From NCBI GenBank assembly GCA_027729785.1, contig JAQCDY010000001.1, positions 1-54,543 of the forward strand: DNA of 54,543 nucleotides, written 5' to 3'. Both the position numbers and the translations under genes were made by a program. Under the pieces are notes generated by a model. The model did not search any database and was not told the origin of the DNA. It worked only from the letters and a program-made list of their open reading frames with translations. This DNA is from Actinomycetota bacterium. GTDB lineage: Bacteria; Actinomycetota; Acidimicrobiia; Acidimicrobiales; Ilumatobacteraceae. Positions 1-8,031 of this stretch are shown here, piece after piece. Each line of letters begins with the position of its first letter. The first letter of the stretch is position 1.

Positions 1-1552
1 TGCAATTGTTGCCCTTTATCGACCTGGCCCGATGGGGGCGAACATGCACAACGACTTTGCCGATTTCAAAAATGGCCGAAAATCACCCCAGATTTTTCAT
101 CCGGATGCCCAAGATCTATTGGGTGACACATATGGCCTGATGATCTATCAAGAAAGCATGATGAGGGTTGCACAAAAGTTTGCCGGCTACAGCCTCGAAA
201 AAGCCGATGATCTACGAAAAGCATGCGGCAAAAAAAATCGTGCGGACATGAAGAAACAACGAGCCAGTTTTGAACAGGGTTGCATCGACCGTGGTTACGG
301 TCAAGATCTTGGTGAGACTTTGTTTGATTCAATCGAAAACTTCGCCGACTACGCATTCGGCAAGAGTCATGCGTATGGCTATGCATTCATCGCATATCAA
401 ACCGCTTATCTAAAAGCGAATTATCCGATCGAGTACATCGCTTGCTTGTTGACCAGCGTCAAAGCCAATTACGAACGGGCGGCAATTTTCTTGGCTGATG
501 CAAGAGCCAGCAACATCACGGTAAAGACCCCAGATGTCAACACCTCTGGTGTTGACTTTGTCCCCGTGATAATTGGCGATCAGCGCGTCATCAGTTTTGG
601 TCTTTCGGCAATTCGAAATGTGGGTGAAGCCCTGGTCAGTCAACTTGTCGAGTTTCGACGAGCAAACGGTCCGTTCACTTCCTTCTATGACTTTGCTGAT
701 CGGGCACCTGTGTCGACCCTGAATAAACGAACGGTCGAGTCGCTGATCAAAGCGGGTGCGTTCGATTCACTTGGCCACCCACGAAAAGGGCTATTGCTGG
801 TGTTCGAATCAATTATTGAGAACACGCTAAATCGGCGCAGAGAACGCGATCAAGGCGTGATGAGTTTGTTTGAAAGTACGGCAGATTCGAACTCAACTTA
901 TTCTGAGCAGATTGAAATTCCGGCGATCAACTATGAAAAGTCCGAACAATTAAAAATTGAGCGCGAGATGCTTGGTCTGTATGTCTCCGATCATCCACTT
1001 CGTGGGGTCGAGGGTCAGTTGCGTCGCAAAGTTGAATGCTCTCTGGCCGACCTTGAAGAAAGAGGCGATAGTGCATACCTGACCCTGGGTGGCGTAATCA
1101 CCGCGGTCAACCGTAAATTCACCCGCAAGGGTGACCAAATGGCGATAATCACAATTGAAGATTTGCAGGGCTCACTAGACGTCAACATTTTCCCCAAGAC
1201 GTACGCGAGTTATGGTCATTTGATTCAAGAGGACACGATCGTCACGGTGCGCGGACGACTGGACAAGCGTGAAGATTCGCATCTTGCATTCAATGCCCAA
1301 GAACTGAAGATCGTCGAGCCGATGCGGCCAAGTGACTTGAGCCTGCACATTGAGTTGGCGGGTCGCTCTTTGTCGCAAGAAGACATCGTCAATTTACAAG
1401 AACTTTTAAAAGACCATGGTGGTCAAACCCCCGTGCAGTTGCACATGCCCGGTGGCAAGAGTTTGCGCTTGGCCCCCGAGTTCAACGTTGACATTGACCG
1501 CGCAATCGGAGCTCTGCGCGCGTCATATGGCAACAGTGTCTATATCGGGTAG
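1..1552 (+). CDS. dnaE: DNA polymerase III alpha subunit DnaE, C-terminal ~516 aa (5' end lies left of the window)
   Basis: The frame is open from position 2 (AIVALYRPGPMGANMH...), so the ATG at 32 is internal. Motifs YQESMMRVAQKFAGYSL and FADYAFGKSHAYGYAFIAYQTAYLKANYP, plus an OB-fold-like C-terminal part, are typical of Pol III alpha. Confidence 0.95.
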   Translation, partial: AIVALYRPGPMGANMHNDFADFKNGRKSPQIFHPDAQDLLGDTYGLMIYQESMMRVAQKFAGYSLEKADDLRKACGKKNRADMKKQRASFEQGCIDRGYGQDLGETLFDSIENFADYAFGKSHAYGYAFIAYQTAYLKANYPIEYIACLLTSVKANYERAAIFLADARASNITVKTPDVNTSGVDFVPVIIGDQRVISFGLSAIRNVGEALVSQLVEFRRANGPFTSFYDFADRAPVSTLNKRTVESLIKAGAFDSLGHPRKGLLLVFESIIENTLNRRRERDQGVMSLFESTADSNSTYSEQIEIPAINYEKSEQLKIEREMLGLYVSDHPLRGVEGQLRRKVECSLADLEERGDSAYLTLGGVITAVNRKFTRKGDQMAIITIEDLQGSLDVNIFPKTYASYGHLIQEDTIVTVRGRLDKREDSHLAFNAQELKIVEPMRPSDLSLHIELAGRSLSQEDIVNLQELLKDHGGQTPVQLHMPGGKSLRLAPEFNVDIDRAIGALRASYGNSVYIG

Positions 1553-1557
1553 CGACA

Positions 1558-1563
1558 TATAAT
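1558..1563 (+). promoter_or_regulatory. Possible -10 box (perfect TATAAT) for the downstream hypothetical gene
   Basis: TATAAT lies 6 nt after the dnaE stop in a 90-nt AT-rich gap. There is no convincing -35, and the leader to the ATG at 1643 would be about 75 nt. Confidence 0.25.
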
Positions 1564-1642
1564 TTGTTCAAATAGCGAATAAGTCAAGGCAATCAAACTC
1601 ACTATCGGAAATTGAAGATTTCGCTGGCAGACTGTAGGGGTC

Positions 1643-2299
1643 ATGTCGCTCGTTGTTAAGACCATAGATGCTTCGGCTTTGGTTGACTCAGACCTTGACG
1701 ATCTCGCGGCGATGGGTGGCGCTTTTGGTATCGGTGCGATTTCGAAAGCCAAAGAAGATTGGGTACTTTTCGCCAGCGCCAAACTTGACGGCAAGTTGCA
1801 TGGGTTCATGTTCTCGACCCTTGAGCGCATCGGCGGCACACCGTGCGTGCTTTTGGGGATGCTCAGCGTCAAGCGCACATCGAAGAGAGATCAAATTCTC
1901 AAGGGCCTAATGAGCGAGGCCTATCATCGAGCCTTGATGGCATTTCCTGATGAGGATGTTGTTGTTGGTTCGAGGTTTGTGAGTGTTGATGCGCTTGAGG
2001 CATTCAAGTCGCTCACCGAATTGATTCCGCGGCCCGATCACCGTGCCGTAGGTGAAGAACGAGCATGGGGCAGGAGATTGGCGAGGCGCTTTGGTTGTGA
2101 AGCGCAGTATGACGAACAGTCGTTTGTCATCAAGAGCAATGGCCAAAGCGGATTTATGGATTTTGAATCTTTGAAACCAGGCAAAGCCCCGTCAGACGTT
2201 GCTAGTTTTTTCAAAAGTGTTTCAGCAAAAAAGTCTGGTGCTCTTGTCGTGCATGGCTGGACGATGACAGAAAACTTGCTGAAACTCGGCAAACACTAA
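1643..2299 (+). CDS. Hypothetical protein, 218 aa, function unknown (possibly an acyl-CoA N-acyltransferase-like fold; weak inference)
   Basis: This is the longest ORF in the interval and shares orientation with its neighbours. I recognise no diagnostic motif. The strand-helix pattern around WVLFASAKLDGKLHGFMFSTLE...CVLLGMLSVKR...ILKGLMSEAYHRAL vaguely resembles GNAT folds but lacks the Q/RxxGxG/A motif. Confidence 0.55.
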   Translation: MSLVVKTIDASALVDSDLDDLAAMGGAFGIGAISKAKEDWVLFASAKLDGKLHGFMFSTLERIGGTPCVLLGMLSVKRTSKRDQILKGLMSEAYHRALMAFPDEDVVVGSRFVSVDALEAFKSLTELIPRPDHRAVGEERAWGRRLARRFGCEAQYDEQSFVIKSNGQSGFMDFESLKPGKAPSDVASFFKSVSAKKSGALVVHGWTMTENLLKLGKH

Positions 2300-2308
2300 A
2301 TATCGATT

Positions 2309-2920
2309 ATGCAGTTTGCGGACTGCGCTCGTTCACGCAAAATGGTGCGTGCGTTTCGCCATGATCCAATCGCGCAAGATCTTCTTGATCGAATCGTCGA
2401 AGTTGCATCTTGGGCGCCGTCAGCGGGCAAGACGCAAGGGTGGCATTTGTTGGTTCTTCAGGGTTCGCAGACTGAAAAGTTTTGGGATGTCACTTTGCCG
2501 AAGCAAAAGCGCTCAAGTTTTCGTTGGCAGAAACTGCTCGATGCGCCGGTGATCGCGCTCGTCTTTGCAGACCCGCAAGCGTACTTAGATCGTTACAGCG
2601 AGCCGGACAAGTCGGCAACGAACCTAGGCAGCGAGACCTCATCTTGGCCGACGCCATATTGGACGGTAGACGCATCTTTTGCAACCATGCAGTTGTTGCT
2701 CGCGGCGCACGACATTGGTTTAGGTGCGCTGTTTTTTGGAGTGTTTAATGGCGAAGATCAATTGCGTGAACATTTCAAAGTTCCCCAACAAATGCAATTG
2801 ATCGGTGCCGTGGCGCTTGGTTGGCCAATTGCCGAAAAATTAGGGGACACGGGTGCGAGTGCCAAGCGGGTTCGGCGCAAGCCCGATCAAATAATTCATA
2901 ACCAAGGTTTCAGACAATAA
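2309..2920 (+). CDS. Nitroreductase-family (FMN-dependent) oxidoreductase
   Basis: The sequence SRKMVRAFRHDPI...LLDRIVEVASWAPSAGKTQGWHLLVL...PYWTVDASFATMQLLLAAHDIGLGALFFG matches the nitroreductase-fold pattern. The start could instead be the internal ATG at 2342. Confidence 0.75.
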   Translation: MQFADCARSRKMVRAFRHDPIAQDLLDRIVEVASWAPSAGKTQGWHLLVLQGSQTEKFWDVTLPKQKRSSFRWQKLLDAPVIALVFADPQAYLDRYSEPDKSATNLGSETSSWPTPYWTVDASFATMQLLLAAHDIGLGALFFGVFNGEDQLREHFKVPQQMQLIGAVALGWPIAEKLGDTGASAKRVRRKPDQIIHNQGFRQ

Positions 2921-4916
2921 GAGCAAGTGCCTTTTCGAGTTCGTCAACGGTGGCAGCGGGTGCGCTGCACGAATAATTTTGACACACATAGGCAAATCCC
3001 GGTCGACGATCCCGCCATATTGGCGAGTCAAACGGCTCGCCAAAAATCACCACAGCAGTTGGCAACCATTTGTTTTTGATGTGATCGATCAGATCGGGGC
3101 GATGACCCGTCACGGCTATTTCAGTCATGCCTTTGTGGTGCAGGTGAACCGCGATCAGCAGGTTGCCAAACGCGCTCGGGGCTCCCGCCGCAATTTTCGT
3201 GAACAATTGCAATATTGCGATTGCGGCTTTGGTGAACTTTGCATTCCCCGAGATCGCACCAAGTCGCATCAATGCATTGGCCGCCGTTGAGTTTGCCGAC
3301 GGGGTGGCATTATCGAGCAAATCTTTTTGACGAACGATCAGTTGTTCGGCGTCCTGGGCAACAGTGAATAAACCACCATATTCGGCATCCCAATAGTGGG
3401 TGATCAAATCATCGGCAACCTCCTCGGCTCGAGCAAACCAAATTGCTTTGCCAGTTGCTTCTCCAAGACGAGTAAATGCATCAATCAAGTGTGCAAGATC
3501 GGCAGCCAGCGCACGGTGCCGTGCTTTTGGCTGACCAGATTGTTGCCAACTTCTAAACCATCTAAATGAATCCGTATCAGGGTCTCGCACCCTGAGCTCG
3601 CGATACAAGAACTCACCATTTTGTTCGGCGATCGTCAACCAGTCGGCTCGGTTGAAAAGAGTCGCCGCTTCAATAAGCGATGCGGTCATCATCGCGTTCC
3701 ATTCAGTCAAAACCTTGTCGTCCAAGAGCGGTCGATTTCGCACGGCACGGGCGGCGAGAATCGTCGAGCGAATTTTTTCGACGATTGGTGATCGCTTGAA
3801 TTCGCCACGATGGTTCAATCTCGTTGGAATATTTTTGCCTTCGAAGTTTCCTGTATCCGTGATCTCGTAGTAGTCAATGGCGATCTTTGCTTCTTCGGGG
3901 GGCAAGATTTTGCGTAGTTGGTTGGGGGTAAAAACATAAAAGTGGCCCTCATGCGAATGGCCATATTCATCCAGCGAGTCGGCATCTTCAGCGCTAAAGA
4001 AGCCGCCGTTTGAATGCCGTAAATCTCGGGCGAGATATTCGACGATTTCTTCGCAGATTTGTTTGTAGGCCTCACTTTTGAAGACAATCGCAGCGTGGGT
4101 GTATACACGCAGCAACAGTGCTTGGTCGTAGAGCATCTTCTCAAAGTGGGGCACCAGCCATTTTTCGTCCACGCTGTATCGCGAAAACCCACCGCCAATA
4201 TGGTCGTACATTCCACCTGACGCCATCGCGTCCAAACTCGTGGTGACTATGGTCTTGATGCTTTCGTCGGGCTTATCCAGATATTGCCTGATCAGTAAGT
4301 CAAGATTCATCGTGCTCGGAAACTTTGGCGCCGTGCCGAACCCACCCCATTGAGAATCGAATGCGTTGGCGAATTGTTCGCATGCGTCAGCGACCAGGTC
4401 GAAACTAGGCAACGAAGAATCGGGGGTGATCGCTGCGGTTCTACCCAGAGACTCAATAAGCGCGTGGATGTTGTTTTCGATATCTGCGCGACGATTGCGC
4501 CAAGCGTCGTCGATTGCCGTCATCAGTTTCAAAAAAGATGGTTTAGGAAAGTAAGTTCCACCAAAGAATGGTTGACCGTCCGGGCTCATAAAAACCGTCA
4601 TCGGCCATCCGCCGCGCCCCGACATTGCCTGAACCGCATCCATATATAACGCATCAATGTCGGGTCGTTCTTCGCGATCAACTTTGATGTTCACGAAGAG
4701 TCTGTTCATCACTTGTGCAGTTTCGAGATCTTCGAAACATTCGTGAGCCATGACGTGACACCAGTGGCAAGCCGAGTATCCGACTGAGAGCAGAATCGGC
4801 ACATTTCGAGATTTGGCTTCGGCGAAAGCCTGTGGACCCCAACTAAACCACTCGACCGGGTTGTCCTGATGTTGGCGTAGGTATGGGCTCGTCTCTAATG
4901 CAAGGCGGTTTGGCAT
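2910..4916 (-). CDS. Thioredoxin-domain protein of the DUF255/YyaL family (N-terminal thioredoxin-like domain plus alpha/alpha-toroid domain)
   Basis: PNRLALETSPYLRQHQDNPVEWFSWGPQAFAEAKSRNVPILLSVGYSACHWCHVMAHECFED is the hallmark N-terminus. I chose the ATG at 4916 because GGAGAA lies 9 nt upstream and it does not overlap the S8 gene; the longest ORF starts at 4961. Confidence 0.9.
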   Translation of the reverse strand: MPNRLALETSPYLRQHQDNPVEWFSWGPQAFAEAKSRNVPILLSVGYSACHWCHVMAHECFEDLETAQVMNRLFVNIKVDREERPDIDALYMDAVQAMSGRGGWPMTVFMSPDGQPFFGGTYFPKPSFLKLMTAIDDAWRNRRADIENNIHALIESLGRTAAITPDSSLPSFDLVADACEQFANAFDSQWGGFGTAPKFPSTMNLDLLIRQYLDKPDESIKTIVTTSLDAMASGGMYDHIGGGFSRYSVDEKWLVPHFEKMLYDQALLLRVYTHAAIVFKSEAYKQICEEIVEYLARDLRHSNGGFFSAEDADSLDEYGHSHEGHFYVFTPNQLRKILPPEEAKIAIDYYEITDTGNFEGKNIPTRLNHRGEFKRSPIVEKIRSTILAARAVRNRPLLDDKVLTEWNAMMTASLIEAATLFNRADWLTIAEQNGEFLYRELRVRDPDTDSFRWFRSWQQSGQPKARHRALAADLAHLIDAFTRLGEATGKAIWFARAEEVADDLITHYWDAEYGGLFTVAQDAEQLIVRQKDLLDNATPSANSTAANALMRLGAISGNAKFTKAAIAILQLFTKIAAGAPSAFGNLLIAVHLHHKGMTEIAVTGHRPDLIDHIKNKWLPTAVVIFGEPFDSPIWRDRRPGFAYVCQNYSCSAPAATVDELEKALALIV

Positions 4917-4935
4917 CTTGGATCGTTCTCCGGCG

Positions 4936-6549
4936 TTAGTTTTTGGACACGACTTCGACAACGACAGTTCTACCTAATTTTTGGTACGGAGATTTCGCCT
5001 TGGCGAAAATCCGAAGTTTGCATGATCCACTTTGAGCCGTGGTCAAAACTTTTTTGATAATTTTGCACGGACCTGAAATAACTCGGGCACTTACAGTGCC
5101 TTTCGAGGCGCTCGCCACTAATTCGCTGATCGCGACTTTCATACCAACTTCAAGGGTTGATACTGAAGTCCAGATCGCCGAAACCTTCGGTGTCGTAGTT
5201 GAAAAACGCATTTGCGGTATTCCACCGACCGAGATCAAGGTGCCAAATCGCAAAAATGTGTCGATGTCTCGTCGAAGAGGCGTATAGATATTTCTTTGCG
5301 CTCGAGAAATGGCGACACAATCAATCGGTATCGTCAGAGTTGCTTCGCCCGGCGAAAGACATCGATACCACTGCAGTCTTTCACTTTCAGGTAGTTGAAT
5401 GGTGCCACCGACTGACTCTTGACCAACTTGGCCGAGTGACGAGACAGTTGGAAAGACAACTGTGTCAGGGAAGAAACCAAGACCTTTGAAGATTGCATAA
5501 GCGTCGATGAGTCCGACACCGAATATTTCATCGCGTCCGGGTATGCCCAGGTCTTTGGCCGTGGCGATGATTACTTCTCGAACTTGTTGGGCCGTAAAAT
5601 TTGGTCGAGCACTGAACACCAGTGCGGCAACTCCGCTGACGAATGCGGCAGCCATCGAAGTGCCGCTCATATTTATGTAGGGCTCGCTGGCACCCGCACA
5701 TCTGCGGGAAATATCAACGCTCGCATCGCTACGAATCGTCGAACAGATGTTGATGCCTGGCGCAGAGATGTCGATGTAGGTTCCGCGCTGTGCGAATGAC
5801 GGTGAGTTCATTGTTTGGTCTACCGCCGTCACGGCAAGAGTCAAATCGTTGCCGGCGGGGTAGGTGACATCGGCTTGTGGGCCTGCATTTCCTGCTGCTG
5901 CGACGACGAGGATTCCTTTGCTGGCCGCATATTCAAGTGCAGTTTGCAAACCATTGGTTTGCATTTTGCCACCAAGTGAGAGATTGATTACCTTAACTCC
6001 CTGATCAGATGCATATTTGATCGCCAGAGCGAGATCACTTTCAGACCCGTCACCGCGCGAGTCAAGAATCCGAATCGGCAGAATTTGGGCGTTGGGGGCA
6101 ACTCCGGCGATACCAATGTCGTTGTTGTTTTGTGCGGCGATTATTCCGGCGACATGGGTTCCGTGCCCGATTGTGTCGACATCGTTGGCGCCGTCAGTAA
6201 CTCGACCCCTGATTATTGATCGTCCAGGCAAAAGATTTTGAGTCAAGTCTGGATTCAATCCAGAGCCAGAATCTATGACTGCCACGATCACGCCAGATCC
6301 CGTTGAGTGTGGCCAGACTTCGCTGATGTGTGCGGCTTGCAGACCCCACTGGTCGTCAAATGCCAGATCTTTGCCTTGTTTTCTTATCGGCACGTCGATT
6401 GGCACAACGGCAGAAAAATTTTCGACTTGATGACTGACTGTTGACGCCCCGAGCGTGGGCACAACTATCAAAGAGTTGCCGAGAACTGCAATGCAAACAA
6501 TCCGAACTAGACGTCGAACAACAATTCTGTTTCTCGAATCTTTCAACAA
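4936..6549 (-). CDS. Secreted or membrane-anchored S8 (subtilisin-like) serine peptidase with a ~190-aa uncharacterised C-terminal region
   Basis: The catalytic triad motifs are VAVIDSG (Asp), HGTHVAG (His) and SGTSMAAAFVSG (Ser). The N-terminus has a hydrophobic signal or anchor (RRLVRIVCIAVLGNSLIVVPTLGAS). The TTG start directly abuts the fabI stop codon. Confidence 0.9.
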   Translation of the reverse strand: MLKDSRNRIVVRRLVRIVCIAVLGNSLIVVPTLGASTVSHQVENFSAVVPIDVPIRKQGKDLAFDDQWGLQAAHISEVWPHSTGSGVIVAVIDSGSGLNPDLTQNLLPGRSIIRGRVTDGANDVDTIGHGTHVAGIIAAQNNNDIGIAGVAPNAQILPIRILDSRGDGSESDLALAIKYASDQGVKVINLSLGGKMQTNGLQTALEYAASKGILVVAAAGNAGPQADVTYPAGNDLTLAVTAVDQTMNSPSFAQRGTYIDISAPGINICSTIRSDASVDISRRCAGASEPYINMSGTSMAAAFVSGVAALVFSARPNFTAQQVREVIIATAKDLGIPGRDEIFGVGLIDAYAIFKGLGFFPDTVVFPTVSSLGQVGQESVGGTIQLPESERLQWYRCLSPGEATLTIPIDCVAISRAQRNIYTPLRRDIDTFLRFGTLISVGGIPQMRFSTTTPKVSAIWTSVSTLEVGMKVAISELVASASKGTVSARVISGPCKIIKKVLTTAQSGSCKLRIFAKAKSPYQKLGRTVVVEVVSKN

Positions 6550-7317
6550 CTAAGCACCAGTGGAGTGAAAGCCACCATCAACATGGATTATTTCTCCGGT
6601 TGTGGCCGGAAACCAATCGCTGAGCATTGCCACCGTGCTCCGTGCCACCGGAGATGAGTCGTTCACATTCCAGCCCAAGGGAGCGCGACCACTCCAAATA
6701 TCTTCGAACGCCCCAAATGATGGGATCGACTTTGCCGCCATGGTCCGAATCGGCCCAGCGGCAATCAAGTTGCATCGAATATTTTTTGGCCCTAGCGCCT
6801 TGGCCAAATATCGGTTGGTGCTTTCCAGGGCCGATTTGGCAACACCCATCCAGTTGTAGGCAGGCCAGGCAACCGTGTTGTCAAAATCCAAACCAACGAT
6901 CGAGCCGCCAGATGTCATCAAAGGAACGAAGGCATCTGCCAATGTCTTAAGTGAATAGGCCGAAATCTGCATCGCAACGGAAACATCTTGCCAAGATGCA
7001 GCCATAAAGTCGTCGCCCAAACATGCGGCGGGTGCAAAGCCAATCGAGTGCAGCACGCCATCCACACGTTCGACAATTTTCTGCACCTCATTTCGTGCGC
7101 TTGTCGTGTGGTCGTCGACCGTCACGTCGAATTCAACTACGTCAACAGGTGTCGAAAGTTTTTTGGCGGTTCGTTGCGTGATTGAAAGTCCGCGTCCGGC
7201 GCCCGTCAGCACAATTTTGGCACCCTCTTTTTGGGCCAATTGGGCAACTCCAAAAGCTAACGAAGCTTCGGTCAACACGCCGGTGATGACTATATTTTTT
7301 CCACTTAGAATTCCCAC
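6550..7317 (-). CDS. fabI: Enoyl-[acyl-carrier-protein] reductase (NADH), InhA/FabI type
   Basis: GKNIVITGVLTEASLAFGVAQLAQKEGAKIVLTG (Rossmann) and PAYNWMGVAKSALESTNRYLAKALGPKNIRCNLIAAGPIRT are almost identical in pattern to the mycobacterial InhA active-site Tyr/Lys segment. The start is GTG. Confidence 0.9.
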   Translation of the reverse strand: MGILSGKNIVITGVLTEASLAFGVAQLAQKEGAKIVLTGAGRGLSITQRTAKKLSTPVDVVEFDVTVDDHTTSARNEVQKIVERVDGVLHSIGFAPAACLGDDFMAASWQDVSVAMQISAYSLKTLADAFVPLMTSGGSIVGLDFDNTVAWPAYNWMGVAKSALESTNRYLAKALGPKNIRCNLIAAGPIRTMAAKSIPSFGAFEDIWSGRAPLGWNVNDSSPVARSTVAMLSDWFPATTGEIIHVDGGFHSTGA

Positions 7318-7324
7318 GCGTTCA

Positions 7325-7330
7325 ACGGTA
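7325..7330 (-). promoter_or_regulatory. -10-like hexamer TACCGT, 7 nt upstream of the fabI GTG (leaderless geometry)
   Basis: The minus strand reads TACCGT-tgaacgc-GTG. There is no Shine-Dalgarno in the 42-nt divergent gap. Confidence 0.35.
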
Positions 7331-7345
7331 GTTGGTCGAAGCAGG

Positions 7346-7351
7346 TATCGT
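7346..7351 (+). promoter_or_regulatory. -10-like hexamer TATCGT, 8 nt upstream of the npdG ATG
   Basis: TATCGT-tgccaatt-ATG. The spacing is slightly long for a leaderless start, so this is weaker than the others. Confidence 0.25.
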
Positions 7352-7359
7352 TGCCAATT

Positions 7360-8031
7360 ATGCGTATCGGCCTTCTAGGCGGAACTGGTCCAGCGGGCAG
7401 CGCCTTGGGACTGCGCTTGGCGTCAATTGGCTATGAAATTGTCTTGGGGTCGCGCGATGCGAGTCGCGCACAGTCGGTATGTGACGAATTAATTAAAAAG
7501 TGGCCCGAATACAAATTAAAACTTGTTGGCGGTGACAATGACCGAGCGGCAAAGTGCGACTTGGTCGTCATCGCGACACCGTGGGATTCGGCTGCGACAG
7601 TTGTCAACGAATACATCAAAGATCTTGCAGGCAAGATAGTCGTGACGATGGCCAACGCACTTGTGCGGGTGGGCAAAGAATTTCAGCCGTTGGTGCCGCC
7701 GCGCGGAAGCATCGCGGCGCACGTTCAAGCAGAGATTCCTTTGTCGCGCGTTGTCGCGGCGTTTCAACATTTACCAGCTACCGAACTTGGTCGGCTTGGC
7801 CATGAAGTTGACAGCGACGTGCTCATTTGCTCTGATGACCCGACTGCGACCGCGACAATTTGCGAAATAGTCGCTCGAATTCCTGGGTGTCGGCCACTTA
7901 ATGCCGGCACTCTTTCGAACGCATTGGCGATCGAAGCATTCACTGCGGTTTTGTTGCAACTCAACGTTCGCTACAAGACAAGAGTTGCCCCACGTTTGAC
8001 CGGCATTCCAGATCGTGGTGATTCAATTTGA
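7360..8031 (+). CDS. npdG: NADPH-dependent F420 reductase (NpdG/Fno family)
   Basis: MRIGLLGGTGPAGSALGLRLASIGYEIVLGSRDASRAQ is the typical N-terminal Rossmann segment of F420:NADP oxidoreductases. The track ORF starts at TTG 7351, but ATG 7360 matches family N-termini. Confidence 0.8.
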   Translation: MRIGLLGGTGPAGSALGLRLASIGYEIVLGSRDASRAQSVCDELIKKWPEYKLKLVGGDNDRAAKCDLVVIATPWDSAATVVNEYIKDLAGKIVVTMANALVRVGKEFQPLVPPRGSIAAHVQAEIPLSRVVAAFQHLPATELGRLGHEVDSDVLICSDDPTATATICEIVARIPGCRPLNAGTLSNALAIEAFTAVLLQLNVRYKTRVAPRLTGIPDRGDSI

